A stretch of 64,000 bases of DNA from a virus. How positions within the stretch are numbered: the first letter of the stretch is position 1; each line of letters opens with the position of its first letter. The position numbers and the translations under genes were made by a program. Positions 28,797 to 39,036 of this stretch are shown in pieces. The notes under the pieces are model-generated. The model ran no database searches and was not told the DNA's origin. It saw only the letters and a program-made list of their open reading frames with translations. The stretch spans positions 96,001 to 160,000 of the IMG/VR virus record IMGVR_UViG_3300023174_000050. The stretch is one strand, 5' to 3'.

Positions 28797-29390
28797 ATGG
28801 CAAATGAATGGCAATTACAGACGCACCAAGTTAACGCATATTGTTATTACTCGGGCATATTTGACGATGATATGATTAATAGCATTGTAGAACTTGGGGA
28901 CAAACTGGAAAAAGGGCCTGCTCTTGTTGGCGGGGATTTTGAGAAAGCTGGCGGTACAAATGAAAAAATTCGAAAAACAGAAATTGGCTGGATTCCTACC
29001 ACCGAAGAAAACGCTTGGCTATTTAGAAAATTGACAGACGTTATTCTTCAAGCAAATACGCAATGGTTTGGATTTGATCTTAATCATATAGAAAATTTGC
29101 AATACTCAGTATATAACAAGGGCGACTTCTATGAAAAGCATGTTGACCATCACTTTCAAGGTGCAGGTCAATATCCTAGAAAATTAAGTTTTACCTTACA
29201 ATTAACAGATCCTGCAGAATATAAGGGCGGGGAAACAATGCTAATTACTGCACAGGACCCTTTTGCTATTCCTAAAGAAAAGGGAACTTTAACATTCTTT
29301 CCATCTTATACTTTACACGAAGTTAAACCTATTACAAAAGGAACTCGTAAAGCATTAGTAGGATGGATACATGGACCAAGGTGGAAATAA
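28797..29390 (+). CDS. 2OG-Fe(II) oxygenase (PKHD/P4H-like)
   Basis: HVD...H triad, RKLSFTLQL, RKALVGW. Confidence 0.88.
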   Translation: MANEWQLQTHQVNAYCYYSGIFDDDMINSIVELGDKLEKGPALVGGDFEKAGGTNEKIRKTEIGWIPTTEENAWLFRKLTDVILQANTQWFGFDLNHIENLQYSVYNKGDFYEKHVDHHFQGAGQYPRKLSFTLQLTDPAEYKGGETMLITAQDPFAIPKEKGTLTFFPSYTLHEVKPITKGTRKALVGWIHGPRWK

Positions 29391-29391
29391 A

Positions 29392-29667
29392 ATGGCAACC
29401 AAAATACCATTAGAGTATTTGGACTTAAGTAATGATTTTGGATTTACAGCAGTACATGAAAATGATGTTTTAGATCCTGTCATTACTGAAGTTTCAGCAA
29501 AAGCAGATACCGAAATCAAACAGAAATTATCTTCTATTGAAAAATTGGTTTTGCCTCTTTTGGTTAACTTAATGAAGAACCCGGAAAAAGACTACATACA
29601 TTGGCCAAATAGAGTTCCGTTGATTGAAAAACAAATTGAAAAGATACTTGCAATCACCCGTAGTTAA
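29392..29667 (+). CDS. Hypothetical protein
   Basis: DFGFTAV, LPLLVNLMKNPEKDYIHWPNR; packed ORF. Confidence 0.65.
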   Translation: MATKIPLEYLDLSNDFGFTAVHENDVLDPVITEVSAKADTEIKQKLSSIEKLVLPLLVNLMKNPEKDYIHWPNRVPLIEKQIEKILAITRS

Positions 29668-29682
29668 TGGCTAAACTGGGGC

Positions 29683-29711
29683 TTGACTTCTGATCCTAAA
29701 GGTGTTATAAT
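29683..29711 (+). promoter_or_regulatory. Early sigma70 promoter with extended -10
   Basis: TTGACT-17 nt-TATAAT with TG at the extended -10 position. Confidence 0.85.
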
Positions 29712-29734
29712 AATGAAAACCGAAGGAGAAAAGA

Positions 29735-31864
29735 ATGTTAGCTCAATCCAAATCTATTCTAGCAAAGCTTCTCGCAACTGAGAACATCACAGTCGAGCAT
29801 CGCAAGATCTCGACTGCGTACTTTGATACTGCGAATCGAGTTATGGCACTTCCTATTTGGAAGGATATGTCATCCGAATTATATGACCTTCTACTAGGTC
29901 ATGAAACAGGGCATGCGCTGTTCACACCAAATGAAGGCTGGCATGACAACCTTAAAGACAAAACACAAAAAGGCTTCAAAACATTTTTGAACGTAATTGA
30001 AGACGTTCGAATTGAAAAACGTATACAAGAAAAATATCCCGGATTAAAAATTAGTTTTAAAAAGGGCTATTCTGAACTAATGGCCAAAGACTTCTTTGGT
30101 GTTGTAAAGCACGAACTTGCGATTCCAACGCTTCCTTTAATTGATAGAATCAATCTTCACTATAAAGTTGGATCATATCTAAATATTCAGTTTAATTGTG
30201 AAGAACAATATTATATTGATCAAATTGATGCAATCAAAACTTGGGAAGATGTTGTTCATATTTCCAAAGAATTATATCAATATGCAAAAGATGACGCAAG
30301 CAAATTAGCAGATATGGGCGATCTAATGGTGCGTACTGGATCTTCGGATGGACATAACGATGAAGACTTCGATGACTTCGATGACTTTGAAGAAATAGAT
30401 GTTGAAGATCCTGAATCTATCACTGATAGAAACTTTAGAGAGCGTGAACATGAATTAGTAGATGATTCTGTTAAACCGTACATATATGTAAATTGCCCTA
30501 CTCCTAATTTGAGTAAGATAATTGTACCATATAAGAACATTAAAAAGTTTTACAACCAATTCAATCAACGTCATTTCACTGAAATGACACATGACGAATT
30601 TGATGCAGTAGTGCTGGAATCCAAAACAAAACTATTTAATAAATTTAATAATACGAATAAAAAATATATTTCTTATTTGATTAAAGAATTTGAAATGCGT
30701 CGTAATGCAAGGCAATTTGCAAGAACATCTGTATCTAAAACTGGCGAATTAGATATGAAGAAAATTCATCAGTATAAATTAAATGATGATTTGTTCAAAC
30801 GTATGGCGGTTGTGCCTAAAGGTAAATCGCATGGTTTAGTTATGTTCATAGATTATTCCGGATCAATGACAGACAATATTAAAGCAACAATTGAACAGAC
30901 TTTGGTTCTTGCAACATTCTGCAGAAAGGTAAATGTTCCTTTTAGGGTATATGCTTTTACTAATTCATCTTTATCCATTGAAGATGAGATTAAGGAATTT
31001 GGTCACATAGTAAGAAAAGACTTTACTAATTTCGAGGATTATACTCAATCCTTTAAGTTTTCCCAAAATAATAATGAACTAAGTTTTAGGGGAAATAGTT
31101 TTAGATTGCGAGAATATTTGTCTAGTGAAATGTCGAGTTTGGATTTTAAAGAAGCAACAAAATATTGGTTGCTTGTAGGCGAACTTTTTAGCGGCAAATC
31201 CTGGAGAAATAATACTACTAGCGATATACATCCCGAAATCCTAGTTTCGGGATTTGAGGATTTGTCTGGTACACCCCTAAATGAAGCAATTATTTCATCT
31301 ATGGAAATTGTCAAAGAATTTAGAAAACAATATAAATTAGATGTTGTTAATACTGTATTCTTAACAGATGGCGATAGTGACGAAAATAGATATGTGAATG
31401 GGGGAACAAATATTCCAAATCCTAAGTATCAATCGTTTAATTTGATTATTCGAGATACTAAGACAATGAATGAAGGTAAAGCGTTACCGGGAACTGAGAT
31501 GACGGTTGCCTTATTAGAATTGCTAAGAGCAAACACTGGCGTAAATGTACTTGGATTTTTTATTAGCGCAGGTAACCATAAAAGAAACATTCTAGCTCGG
31601 TTAAATAAAACTGGAAAAGTAATTAGTAATATAGATGAAAGTTTGAAAAACTTTAGAAAAGAAAAATTCTTTATGATAAACGATGTTGGATATGATGATT
31701 TTTATATTATACCTGGCGGAGAAGACTTATCCATTGAGGATGAAGAAATGAAGGTGGAATCTGGAGCATCAACTGCGAATTTGAAAAAGGCCTTTATGAA
31801 TATGCAAAAAGGCAAGAGTGTGAATCGAGTTCTTTTGAACAGATTTGTAGGAAAAATTGCTTGA
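29735..31864 (+). CDS. HExxH peptidase-like plus VWA-domain protein (MoxR partner)
   Basis: HETGH, EDVRIE, FIDYSGSM MIDAS, GTPLN, FLTDG. Confidence 0.8.
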   Translation: MLAQSKSILAKLLATENITVEHRKISTAYFDTANRVMALPIWKDMSSELYDLLLGHETGHALFTPNEGWHDNLKDKTQKGFKTFLNVIEDVRIEKRIQEKYPGLKISFKKGYSELMAKDFFGVVKHELAIPTLPLIDRINLHYKVGSYLNIQFNCEEQYYIDQIDAIKTWEDVVHISKELYQYAKDDASKLADMGDLMVRTGSSDGHNDEDFDDFDDFEEIDVEDPESITDRNFREREHELVDDSVKPYIYVNCPTPNLSKIIVPYKNIKKFYNQFNQRHFTEMTHDEFDAVVLESKTKLFNKFNNTNKKYISYLIKEFEMRRNARQFARTSVSKTGELDMKKIHQYKLNDDLFKRMAVVPKGKSHGLVMFIDYSGSMTDNIKATIEQTLVLATFCRKVNVPFRVYAFTNSSLSIEDEIKEFGHIVRKDFTNFEDYTQSFKFSQNNNELSFRGNSFRLREYLSSEMSSLDFKEATKYWLLVGELFSGKSWRNNTTSDIHPEILVSGFEDLSGTPLNEAIISSMEIVKEFRKQYKLDVVNTVFLTDGDSDENRYVNGGTNIPNPKYQSFNLIIRDTKTMNEGKALPGTEMTVALLELLRANTGVNVLGFFISAGNHKRNILARLNKTGKVISNIDESLKNFRKEKFFMINDVGYDDFYIIPGGEDLSIEDEEMKVESGASTANLKKAFMNMQKGKSVNRVLLNRFVGKIA

Positions 31865-31889
31865 CAGGAATTCAAAAAGGTGTTATAAT
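31861..31889 (+). promoter_or_regulatory. Early sigma70 promoter
   Basis: TTGACA-17 nt-TATAAT. Confidence 0.85.
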
Positions 31890-31919
31890 TAATTATGAAT
31901 TTTGAACAGGAGTTATATT

Positions 31920-33101
31920 ATGTCTAAGTCTCATTTTACCCCAGAACAACGAAAAGAATTAATTGTAAAATTAATTTCTAAGTTTGGTTCTAATGTAACC
32001 AAGGAACAGATTGTTTCTTATTGCGAAGGCAACGGATTGCCTAACCCACATTTTCTTATCTCACGTCGAGACATTAAATCTGGGAAAAATTATATGTTGA
32101 ATTTATTTGATAATGAAAGCGAGAATGTTGTGATGTCTAACGATGAGGAAATGGCTCCTGCTCTTCAAGCACAGGTAATTCCTTTTAAGCAAAAACGAAT
32201 GACTGTGGATATTGATAGTGTTGTCCCAGACAAAGATAATACTTATGTTCCTTTTGGATTTTTCAAGCAATTGGAAATGATTCTAAAATCTAAAACATTC
32301 TATCCTGTGTTTATTACCGGATTGTCTGGTAATGGCAAAACTACTATGGTAGAACAAGTTGCTTCCAAATTAAAACGCGAATGTATTCGTGTTAACATTT
32401 CTGTGGAAACAGATGAAGAAGATTTGATTGGTGGCAATACCCTGCAAGATGGCAATGTTATCTATCGTGAAGGTCCTGTACTAACAGCAATGCGTCGAGG
32501 CGCTATTCTTTTGATTGACGAAATTGATCGTGGTTCTAATAAATTGATGTGTTTACAAAGTGTGTTGGAAGGCAAGGCGTACTTTAATAAAAAGACAGGT
32601 GAAGTTATTCGACCAGCGTCAGGTTTCAATGTTATCGCAACTGCTAACACTAAAGGTCGAGGTACGGAAGACGGTCGTTTTATTGCAGCGCAAATTTTGG
32701 ATGAGGCTTTTCTAGAACGATTTCCTATTACAGTAGAACAAGAATATCCTAGCACAACTGTAGAGAAAAAAATTATTGCTAATAAAATGGAATTCTATAA
32801 TTGTGTTGATAAAGAATACGCAGAGAAATTAGTTAATTGGGCAGACATTATTCGCAAAACCTTTAAAGAAGGTGGTATTGATGAGATCATTAGTACACGT
32901 CGTTTGGTAAATATTGTTCAAGCATATTCTATCTTTAATGATAAGACTGAGGCAATTAATTATTGTATCAATCGGTTTGATGATGACACAAAGACTGCAT
33001 TCATGGATTTGTATACTAAAATGAATGCTCCTGTAGAAACAGTTAAAGAAAATGAATCAATGAAAGAAGTGACGGCAATTGATGATGAAATTCCATTTTA
33101 A
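31920..33101 (+). CDS. MoxR/CobS-like AAA+ ATPase
   Basis: GLSGNGKT, LLIDEID, ATANTKG, AFLERF. Confidence 0.9.
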   Translation: MSKSHFTPEQRKELIVKLISKFGSNVTKEQIVSYCEGNGLPNPHFLISRRDIKSGKNYMLNLFDNESENVVMSNDEEMAPALQAQVIPFKQKRMTVDIDSVVPDKDNTYVPFGFFKQLEMILKSKTFYPVFITGLSGNGKTTMVEQVASKLKRECIRVNISVETDEEDLIGGNTLQDGNVIYREGPVLTAMRRGAILLIDEIDRGSNKLMCLQSVLEGKAYFNKKTGEVIRPASGFNVIATANTKGRGTEDGRFIAAQILDEAFLERFPITVEQEYPSTTVEKKIIANKMEFYNCVDKEYAEKLVNWADIIRKTFKEGGIDEIISTRRLVNIVQAYSIFNDKTEAINYCINRFDDDTKTAFMDLYTKMNAPVETVKENESMKEVTAIDDEIPF

Positions 33102-33116
33102 TTTAAATTAAACTAA

Positions 33117-33138
33117 TTAGGGCACTTCGGTGCCCTAA
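33117..33138 (+). terminator. cUUCGg hairpin, likely terminator or stabiliser
   Basis: TTAGGGCAC-TTCG-GTGCCCTAA; no strong U-tract. Confidence 0.6.
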
Positions 33139-33148
33139 ACCTACCTAT

Positions 33149-33985
33149 ATGCACACTAACGAAATATTACACGATACCTTTATCCCAAGATGGTATGGAA
33201 GATTGGGAAACAATATACAGCAAATTTCTAATGCTATTTATTTCTGTAGAGAAAATGGAATACATTTTACATCTCCAGATCATCCCATGATTAAAGCAAT
33301 AGATATTCCTTTTGGAACAATAGAATACAAAATACCAGAAACAAGCAATAACTGGTTTTATCACTTCGAAAAAGAATATAGCGATTTTGATGTAGACATA
33401 GATAGATTAAATTTGCTACGAAAAAATATTTGTGAGGATTATATTTTACCTAATCTAAAAGTAGATCATGAAAAATTAAAAGAACCATTACCGTATGATA
33501 CTTTAGTTGTACATATACGAAGTGGAGATATTTATACTAATTTTCCAAATACTCATCCACAAAATCCTTTGATGTACTATATAGAATTATATAGAAGATT
33601 CAATGAAAAGGTTATTTTTGTGGCAGAAGATGATAAGAATCCGATTGTACAATATTTTCAAAGTATCAAGGCGGATATTAGAATATGGTGGGTTGAAGAT
33701 ACGTATACATTATTATTACGAGCACAAAACCTAGCGACTTCTGGCGCAGGATCTTTTGCAATATCATCTGCATTTTGTTCTACAAATCTTAGGAATTTTT
33801 ATTGTACAGATTTATATATAGACCATAGTTTAAATCCGACTATGTTAAAAGAACAACTTAATGTTTTTATAGCGGATGTCTCAGGCAATAAATATTTTAG
33901 AGTGGGTGAGTGGAGCTCAGCTAAAAATAACATCAATAAAATTCTTGACTATCAAGAAAATATAATATTTAGGAGACTTACATAA
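33149..33985 (+). CDS. GT11-like glycosyltransferase
   Basis: [10 protein letters not shown] and VVHIRSGD resemble GT11 motifs GxGNQ and HxRRGD. Confidence 0.55.
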   Translation: MHTNEILHDTFIPRWYGRLGNNIQQISNAIYFCRENGIHFTSPDHPMIKAIDIPFGTIEYKIPETSNNWFYHFEKEYSDFDVDIDRLNLLRKNICEDYILPNLKVDHEKLKEPLPYDTLVVHIRSGDIYTNFPNTHPQNPLMYYIELYRRFNEKVIFVAEDDKNPIVQYFQSIKADIRIWWVEDTYTLLLRAQNLATSGAGSFAISSAFCSTNLRNFYCTDLYIDHSLNPTMLKEQLNVFIADVSGNKYFRVGEWSSAKNNINKILDYQENIIFRRLT

Positions 33986-34998
33986 TGACAAACAAAGTAG
34001 CCCTTATTACGGGCATTACCGGACAAGACGGTTCTTATCTTGCAGAACTTCTTTTATCAAAAGGTTACGAAGTGCATGGCATTGTTCGTCGTAGCTCTTC
34101 TATGAATACTGGTCGCATCGACCACATCTATTCAAATCCAAATTTACATCTTCATTACGGTGACGTAACAGATTCACTCTCTATTATGAGCGTACTTAAA
34201 AAGTATAATCCTAGTGAGATCTATAATCTTGCGGCGCAAAGTCATGTTAAGGTTTCTTTTGAAACTCCTGAGTATACAGCAATGGTAGATGGTTTAGGTA
34301 CTCTTAAAATTCTAGAATCTGTTAGATTAATGGGGATGGAAAAGACTACTAAAATTTATCAGGCATCAACATCTGAACTATATGGATTAGTTCAAGAAAT
34401 CCCACAAAAAGAAACAACACCATTCTATCCAAGATCGCCGTACGGTGTAGCTAAGTTATATGCATATTGGATTGTTAAGAACTATCGAGAATCATATAAT
34501 ATGTTTGCGTGTTCTGGTATTTTATTTAATCACGAATCTCCTAGACGAGGTTTCAATTTTGTGACTAAAAAGATTGTTAATGGATTAGAAGCAGTTAGCG
34601 CTGGTCGCCAAGAGTGTTTGACATTGGGCAATTTAACAGCACTTAGGGATTGGGGTCACGCTAAAGATTATGTTGAGGCAATGTGGTTAATGCTACAACA
34701 AGATACGCCAGACGATTTTGTTATCTCAACAGGTGAGCAGTATACAGTTAAACAATTTGTAGAACATTGTGCCCCATACTTTGCTTTAAAGATTCGCTGG
34801 GAAGGCGAAGGATTGAACGAAGTAGGTATTGATACTAACACGAATAAAGTAGTTATCAGAGTTGATCCTAAATACTTCCGTCCCGCCGAAGTTCAAACTT
34901 TATTAGGCGATTCGTCAAAGGCAAGGAGTGTGCTCGGTTGGTCACCTAAACATTCTTTTGATGACCTAGTCGAAGATATGTGTTTAAACTTTGCATAA
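33985..34998 (+). CDS. gmd: GDP-mannose 4,6-dehydratase
   Basis: [42 protein letters not shown]. Confidence 0.97.
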   Translation: MTNKVALITGITGQDGSYLAELLLSKGYEVHGIVRRSSSMNTGRIDHIYSNPNLHLHYGDVTDSLSIMSVLKKYNPSEIYNLAAQSHVKVSFETPEYTAMVDGLGTLKILESVRLMGMEKTTKIYQASTSELYGLVQEIPQKETTPFYPRSPYGVAKLYAYWIVKNYRESYNMFACSGILFNHESPRRGFNFVTKKIVNGLEAVSAGRQECLTLGNLTALRDWGHAKDYVEAMWLMLQQDTPDDFVISTGEQYTVKQFVEHCAPYFALKIRWEGEGLNEVGIDTNTNKVVIRVDPKYFRPAEVQTLLGDSSKARSVLGWSPKHSFDDLVEDMCLNFA

Positions 34999-34999
34999 T

Positions 35000-35635
35000 A
35001 TGTTTCCTCCTTCATACAAAGATACAAATAGAGCAGTTACAGAAAAATATTTAAACTATGATAATGGTTTTTATATTGAAGTAGGTGGCGCCGATGGTAT
35101 TACTCAAAGTAATACTTGGCACCTTGAAATGTATAAAAAATGGACCGGTATATTGGTTGAACCAAATCCTAACGCTGCAAAACAGTGCAGAAACAATAGA
35201 CCAAATTCTACAGTATTCAATTATGCTTTGGTCGGTGACAATTTTGAAAACGATACTATAAAAATGTTGTATCGTACAGTATACGGAGACGACCCAGGAT
35301 TAATGACTTCTACTATAGATTCTCCTATTAGACAAAATTTAGAATGGATGGCACCTGCAACTGATACTGATAAAACTGAGGAATTTGAAATTCAAGTAGC
35401 TACATTGAATGATATTTTAGAATCACAAAATGTAACAAAAATAGATTTCTTTTCGTTGGATGTTGAAGGATATGAATTAGAAGTATTGAAAGGATTAGAT
35501 TTGAAAAGATTTACTCCAAAAGTTATTTTAGTTGAATGGCATTTGGATTTTGAAGATATTAAACAGTTGTTAGATGCGACACACGTATACGCAGAACAAT
35601 TAACTAAACATGATTATGTTTTTTTAGCGAGGTAA
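35000..35635 (+). CDS. FkbM-family methyltransferase
   Basis: IEVGGADG, SLDVEGYELEVL. Confidence 0.85.
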   Translation: MFPPSYKDTNRAVTEKYLNYDNGFYIEVGGADGITQSNTWHLEMYKKWTGILVEPNPNAAKQCRNNRPNSTVFNYALVGDNFENDTIKMLYRTVYGDDPGLMTSTIDSPIRQNLEWMAPATDTDKTEEFEIQVATLNDILESQNVTKIDFFSLDVEGYELEVLKGLDLKRFTPKVILVEWHLDFEDIKQLLDATHVYAEQLTKHDYVFLAR

Positions 35636-35636
35636 T

Positions 35637-36572
35637 ATGGAAAAAAATAGTAAAATATTTGTAGCAGGGCATAATGGCTTAGTCGGCTCAGCAATAATTA
35701 GAAAATTAAAAGAAGAAGGTTACACAAATCTTATTCTTAGATCAAAGGCCGAATTAGATCTTAGAGATCAACGAGCTGTCAGGAATTTCTTTAGTACTGA
35801 AATTCCTGAATACGTATTCTTATGTGCTGCCAAGGTTGGCGGTATCAATTGGAACTGGACAAATCCAGGTGAATTTATTTACGACAATTTGATGATTCAA
35901 TCGAATGTTATAGATGCAGCATATCGCAATAATACTAAGAAGTTATTGTTCTTAGGTTCTGCCTGCATCTATCCAAAGGTTACCCCTCAACCTATCAAGG
36001 AAGAATATCTTCTTACTGCTCCACTTGAGCCTACGAATGAGGGGTATGCATTAGCAAAAATTACTGGCTTACGTATGTGCGAATACTACAGACGTCAGTA
36101 TGGATTCAATGCTATTAGTTGTATGCCTGCAAATTTATATGGTCCTAATGATAATTTCATTCCTGAACATGGTCATGTTATCCCAGGTATTATTACTAAG
36201 ATGCACAATGCTATGAAAGCAGGTGAAAAAAGTATTGAATGCTGGGGTGATGGTTCGCCTACTCGAGAATTTTTATATGTTGATGATTTGGCAGATGCTT
36301 GTTTTTGGTTAATGCAAAACTATAATGAAGCAGAATTTGTTAATGTAGGCAGCGATGAAGAATTAACAATTAAAGAATTAGTAAATAAACTTACAAAAGA
36401 ATTTGGATTTAAAGGTAAGGTTGTTTGGAATAAAAATAAACCAAATGGCACCCCAAGACGTAAGATGGATAATAGTAAATTGAAAGCACTGGGTTGGTCT
36501 TCTAAAGTAACCTTTGATGATGGTTTAAAGCGTACTATAGATTGGTATAAAAAAGAAAAGGGATTATCATGA
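35637..36572 (+). CDS. fcl: GDP-L-fucose synthase / ColC-like epimerase-reductase
   Basis: VAGHNGLVGSA, LGSACIYP, YALAK, ANLYGPNDNF, WGDGSPTREF. Confidence 0.92.
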   Translation: MEKNSKIFVAGHNGLVGSAIIRKLKEEGYTNLILRSKAELDLRDQRAVRNFFSTEIPEYVFLCAAKVGGINWNWTNPGEFIYDNLMIQSNVIDAAYRNNTKKLLFLGSACIYPKVTPQPIKEEYLLTAPLEPTNEGYALAKITGLRMCEYYRRQYGFNAISCMPANLYGPNDNFIPEHGHVIPGIITKMHNAMKAGEKSIECWGDGSPTREFLYVDDLADACFWLMQNYNEAEFVNVGSDEELTIKELVNKLTKEFGFKGKVVWNKNKPNGTPRRKMDNSKLKALGWSSKVTFDDGLKRTIDWYKKEKGLS

Positions 36573-37738
36573 GATGGCCTTTGATGGGTGAGACAATCAC
36601 CTTTACTGATAGATTAAAGATGGCACACTTTGCTTTGACGGCAAAGAAATTTACCTTCGGCGAAAAAGTAGAACAATTTGAGCATGAGTGGAGCACCTGG
36701 CTAGGAGCTAAACATTCTTTATTTGTATCTTCGGGTAGCACAGCCAATTTTTTACTTATTGCAGCCGTTAAAGAATTATATGGATTAAAGAATGGAGATA
36801 AGGTTTTATTGCCAGCATGCACTTGGATGACGAATGTTGCTCCTATTATGCAACTTGGTCTTGAACCAGTATTTTGCGATATCAATTTATACAATTTTAG
36901 TTTTGATTTAGCTGAAGCTAAAAACATTGCAACAAAACATGATATTAAATTAGTATTCATTACTCACCTATTAGGATTTTCTGCAGATAATGAAAGCTTA
37001 AAGAAAATATTTCCAAAAGCTTTATTTTTAGATGACGTATGTGAATCGCACGGTTGTACTAATCTATTAGGCGAAAAAAGGGGTTCGGATAGCTTAGGTG
37101 CATCATTTAGTTTTTATTTCGGTCATCATATGTCTACAGTAGAAGGTGGTATGGTATCAACTAATAATACTGATCTTTATGATTTGATGCTAATGAAACG
37201 TAGTCATGGCATGGCAAGAGTTTCTACAAGATTTGATGATTATGCAGAAGCATATCCTAACATAGATAAAAAATTCTTATTTGTGACCGATGGCTATAAT
37301 TTTAGAAATCATGAAATATGTGCGGTGTTAGGTTCATCGCAACTTAGTCGTTTGGATAAAATGATAAAAATTCGTAAAAGAAATCACGAATTATTTACAG
37401 AAATTATTGACTCTTGTCCTACTTTATTTTATAATATAAAGAATCCTGCAACAAATAGTAGTTTTTGTTTGCCATTCATTTGTAAGTCGCCAGAAATAAT
37501 GAAGGCAATGAAAAAAGTATTTAACAAACATGGTATAGAATATAGACCAGTTGTTGCGGGGAATTTATTGACACAGCCTTTTCTTAAAGACTATACGATT
37601 GATACTAAAAGAACAGTTACAAATGCAGACATAATAAACAATCAAGGGGTTTATATTGGTAACAACCATTTTGTAACTGAAAAAGATATGGCATATTTAA
37701 AACAAGTTGTAGGAGAAATCGTTGACAAATTTAGGTGA
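36569..37738 (+). CDS. ColD-type GDP-4-keto-6-deoxymannose 3-dehydratase (DegT fold)
   Basis: SSGSTAN, DVCESHG, SFYFGHHMSTVEGG (His at the usual Lys position), YRPVVAGN. Confidence 0.8.
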   Translation: MRWPLMGETITFTDRLKMAHFALTAKKFTFGEKVEQFEHEWSTWLGAKHSLFVSSGSTANFLLIAAVKELYGLKNGDKVLLPACTWMTNVAPIMQLGLEPVFCDINLYNFSFDLAEAKNIATKHDIKLVFITHLLGFSADNESLKKIFPKALFLDDVCESHGCTNLLGEKRGSDSLGASFSFYFGHHMSTVEGGMVSTNNTDLYDLMLMKRSHGMARVSTRFDDYAEAYPNIDKKFLFVTDGYNFRNHEICAVLGSSQLSRLDKMIKIRKRNHELFTEIIDSCPTLFYNIKNPATNSSFCLPFICKSPEIMKAMKKVFNKHGIEYRPVVAGNLLTQPFLKDYTIDTKRTVTNADIINNQGVYIGNNHFVTEKDMAYLKQVVGEIVDKFR

Positions 37739-38072
37739 GAGCATAGAATTAATTATTAAGGAAACAGTAGATCGAGTATTGATAGAAACTGGTCTACCTG
37801 ATTCTGAATATGTAGCAACAGATAACTTAGGTGAGGTTATTGAAAAACTAGCTATTATTCATATTAGAATGTGGATGCTTGAAGACGCAATTCAAGCAGC
37901 AACATCTGCAGAAGAAATTGCTGAACTAAAACGCAAATGCGATATTTGTTTTAAAGTTAAGCGTCCCCGGTATGTCCAAGCAATTAATTTAATTGTAGAC
38001 GATGCCATCAAACACAATAAATCTTTGAGAGAAGATTCCGTTAAACTTTATAAGGGTGTAGACAATGCCTAA
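37722..38072 (+). CDS. Hypothetical helical protein (DUF4254-like)
   Basis: LGEVIEKLAIIHIRMWMLED; TTG start with AGGAG SD. Confidence 0.5.
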   Translation: MTNLGESIELIIKETVDRVLIETGLPDSEYVATDNLGEVIEKLAIIHIRMWMLEDAIQAATSAEEIAELKRKCDICFKVKRPRYVQAINLIVDDAIKHNKSLREDSVKLYKGVDNA

Positions 38073-39036
38073 GATAGTATTTTTTAATCATTATCACCGA
38101 GGTGATCTATTGACGCATAAAGAATTTATTCGCCATATACAAAGCGAATTGGATGTCCAATATGAGTATATGCATTTTAATCATCCAAAATTAACTAGAG
38201 ATCTAGATATTCCGTTGGTGGGTGATCCTACTAATTTAGATCCTAAGACTCCTTTTTATCAAGAAGATGACTCTTTGTTTATTAATACTTGGATAGGTTG
38301 CCATTGGGATATATTCTGCCAACATGGCGGTATTAATATGGAATCCTTGCGAGGACAATGGTATAGAATTTTTGAAATGATTAATCAATGCTTTGGAACT
38401 TCGTTAGTTATTAATCCTATTAAAGAATTTTATTTGCCAAGAATAGATTTTACAAGATTTGATGTATCTAATATTGATGCATACTTACAGGAAAGTAAAA
38501 ATAAGAAAATTTTAATTTGTAATGGTGCTCCTAAATCTGGCCAATCATTTGCCTCAAATATGAAAGAGTTTTTAGAACCCCTTGCTGAAGAAAATGATAG
38601 TGTAGATTTTATTTGTACAGAAAAATTTGATACTACATTTAGTAATATTAAATTTACTGATGACATTATTGGTGATACTGAAACAGTAGATAAAAGAGCT
38701 CCGTGGGAGGATCGATTAACTAATACATGTGACGTACAAGAAATTTCTTATTTGAGTGAGAATTGTGATGCTATTGTAGGTAAGAATTCTGGTCCATTTG
38801 TTTTTTGTGAAACATGGAATAACTATAAAAATCCGAATAAGAAATTTCTTTCATTCAATGTTAGTTGGGGCATTGGAAAAGAAACAACAGAAACAATGTC
38901 TCATGGTTTAGAAAAATTATGCGAATATAATATTATACCTGTTGAAGGCCCTGCAAAGGGAGATCTTAATAATCTAACTAGCGATGATATTGCTAATATT
39001 AACACAGCATTAGATACATTAGTGAGAAGCCTATGA
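38065..39036 (+). CDS. Putative GT-B/GT9-like protein
   Basis: HRGDLL near N-terminus, IVGKNSGPF; glycan island context. Confidence 0.45.
   Translation: MPKIVFFNHYHRGDLLTHKEFIRHIQSELDVQYEYMHFNHPKLTRDLDIPLVGDPTNLDPKTPFYQEDDSLFINTWIGCHWDIFCQHGGINMESLRGQWYRIFEMINQCFGTSLVINPIKEFYLPRIDFTRFDVSNIDAYLQESKNKKILICNGAPKSGQSFASNMKEFLEPLAEENDSVDFICTEKFDTTFSNIKFTDDIIGDTETVDKRAPWEDRLTNTCDVQEISYLSENCDAIVGKNSGPFVFCETWNNYKNPNKKFLSFNVSWGIGKETTETMSHGLEKLCEYNIIPVEGPAKGDLNNLTSDDIANINTALDTLVRSL

Noticed and set aside
31920-33101. cobS as a cobalamin auxiliary metabolic gene
   Set aside because: Generic MoxR AAA+ paired with a VWA protein; no cobalamin genes nearby
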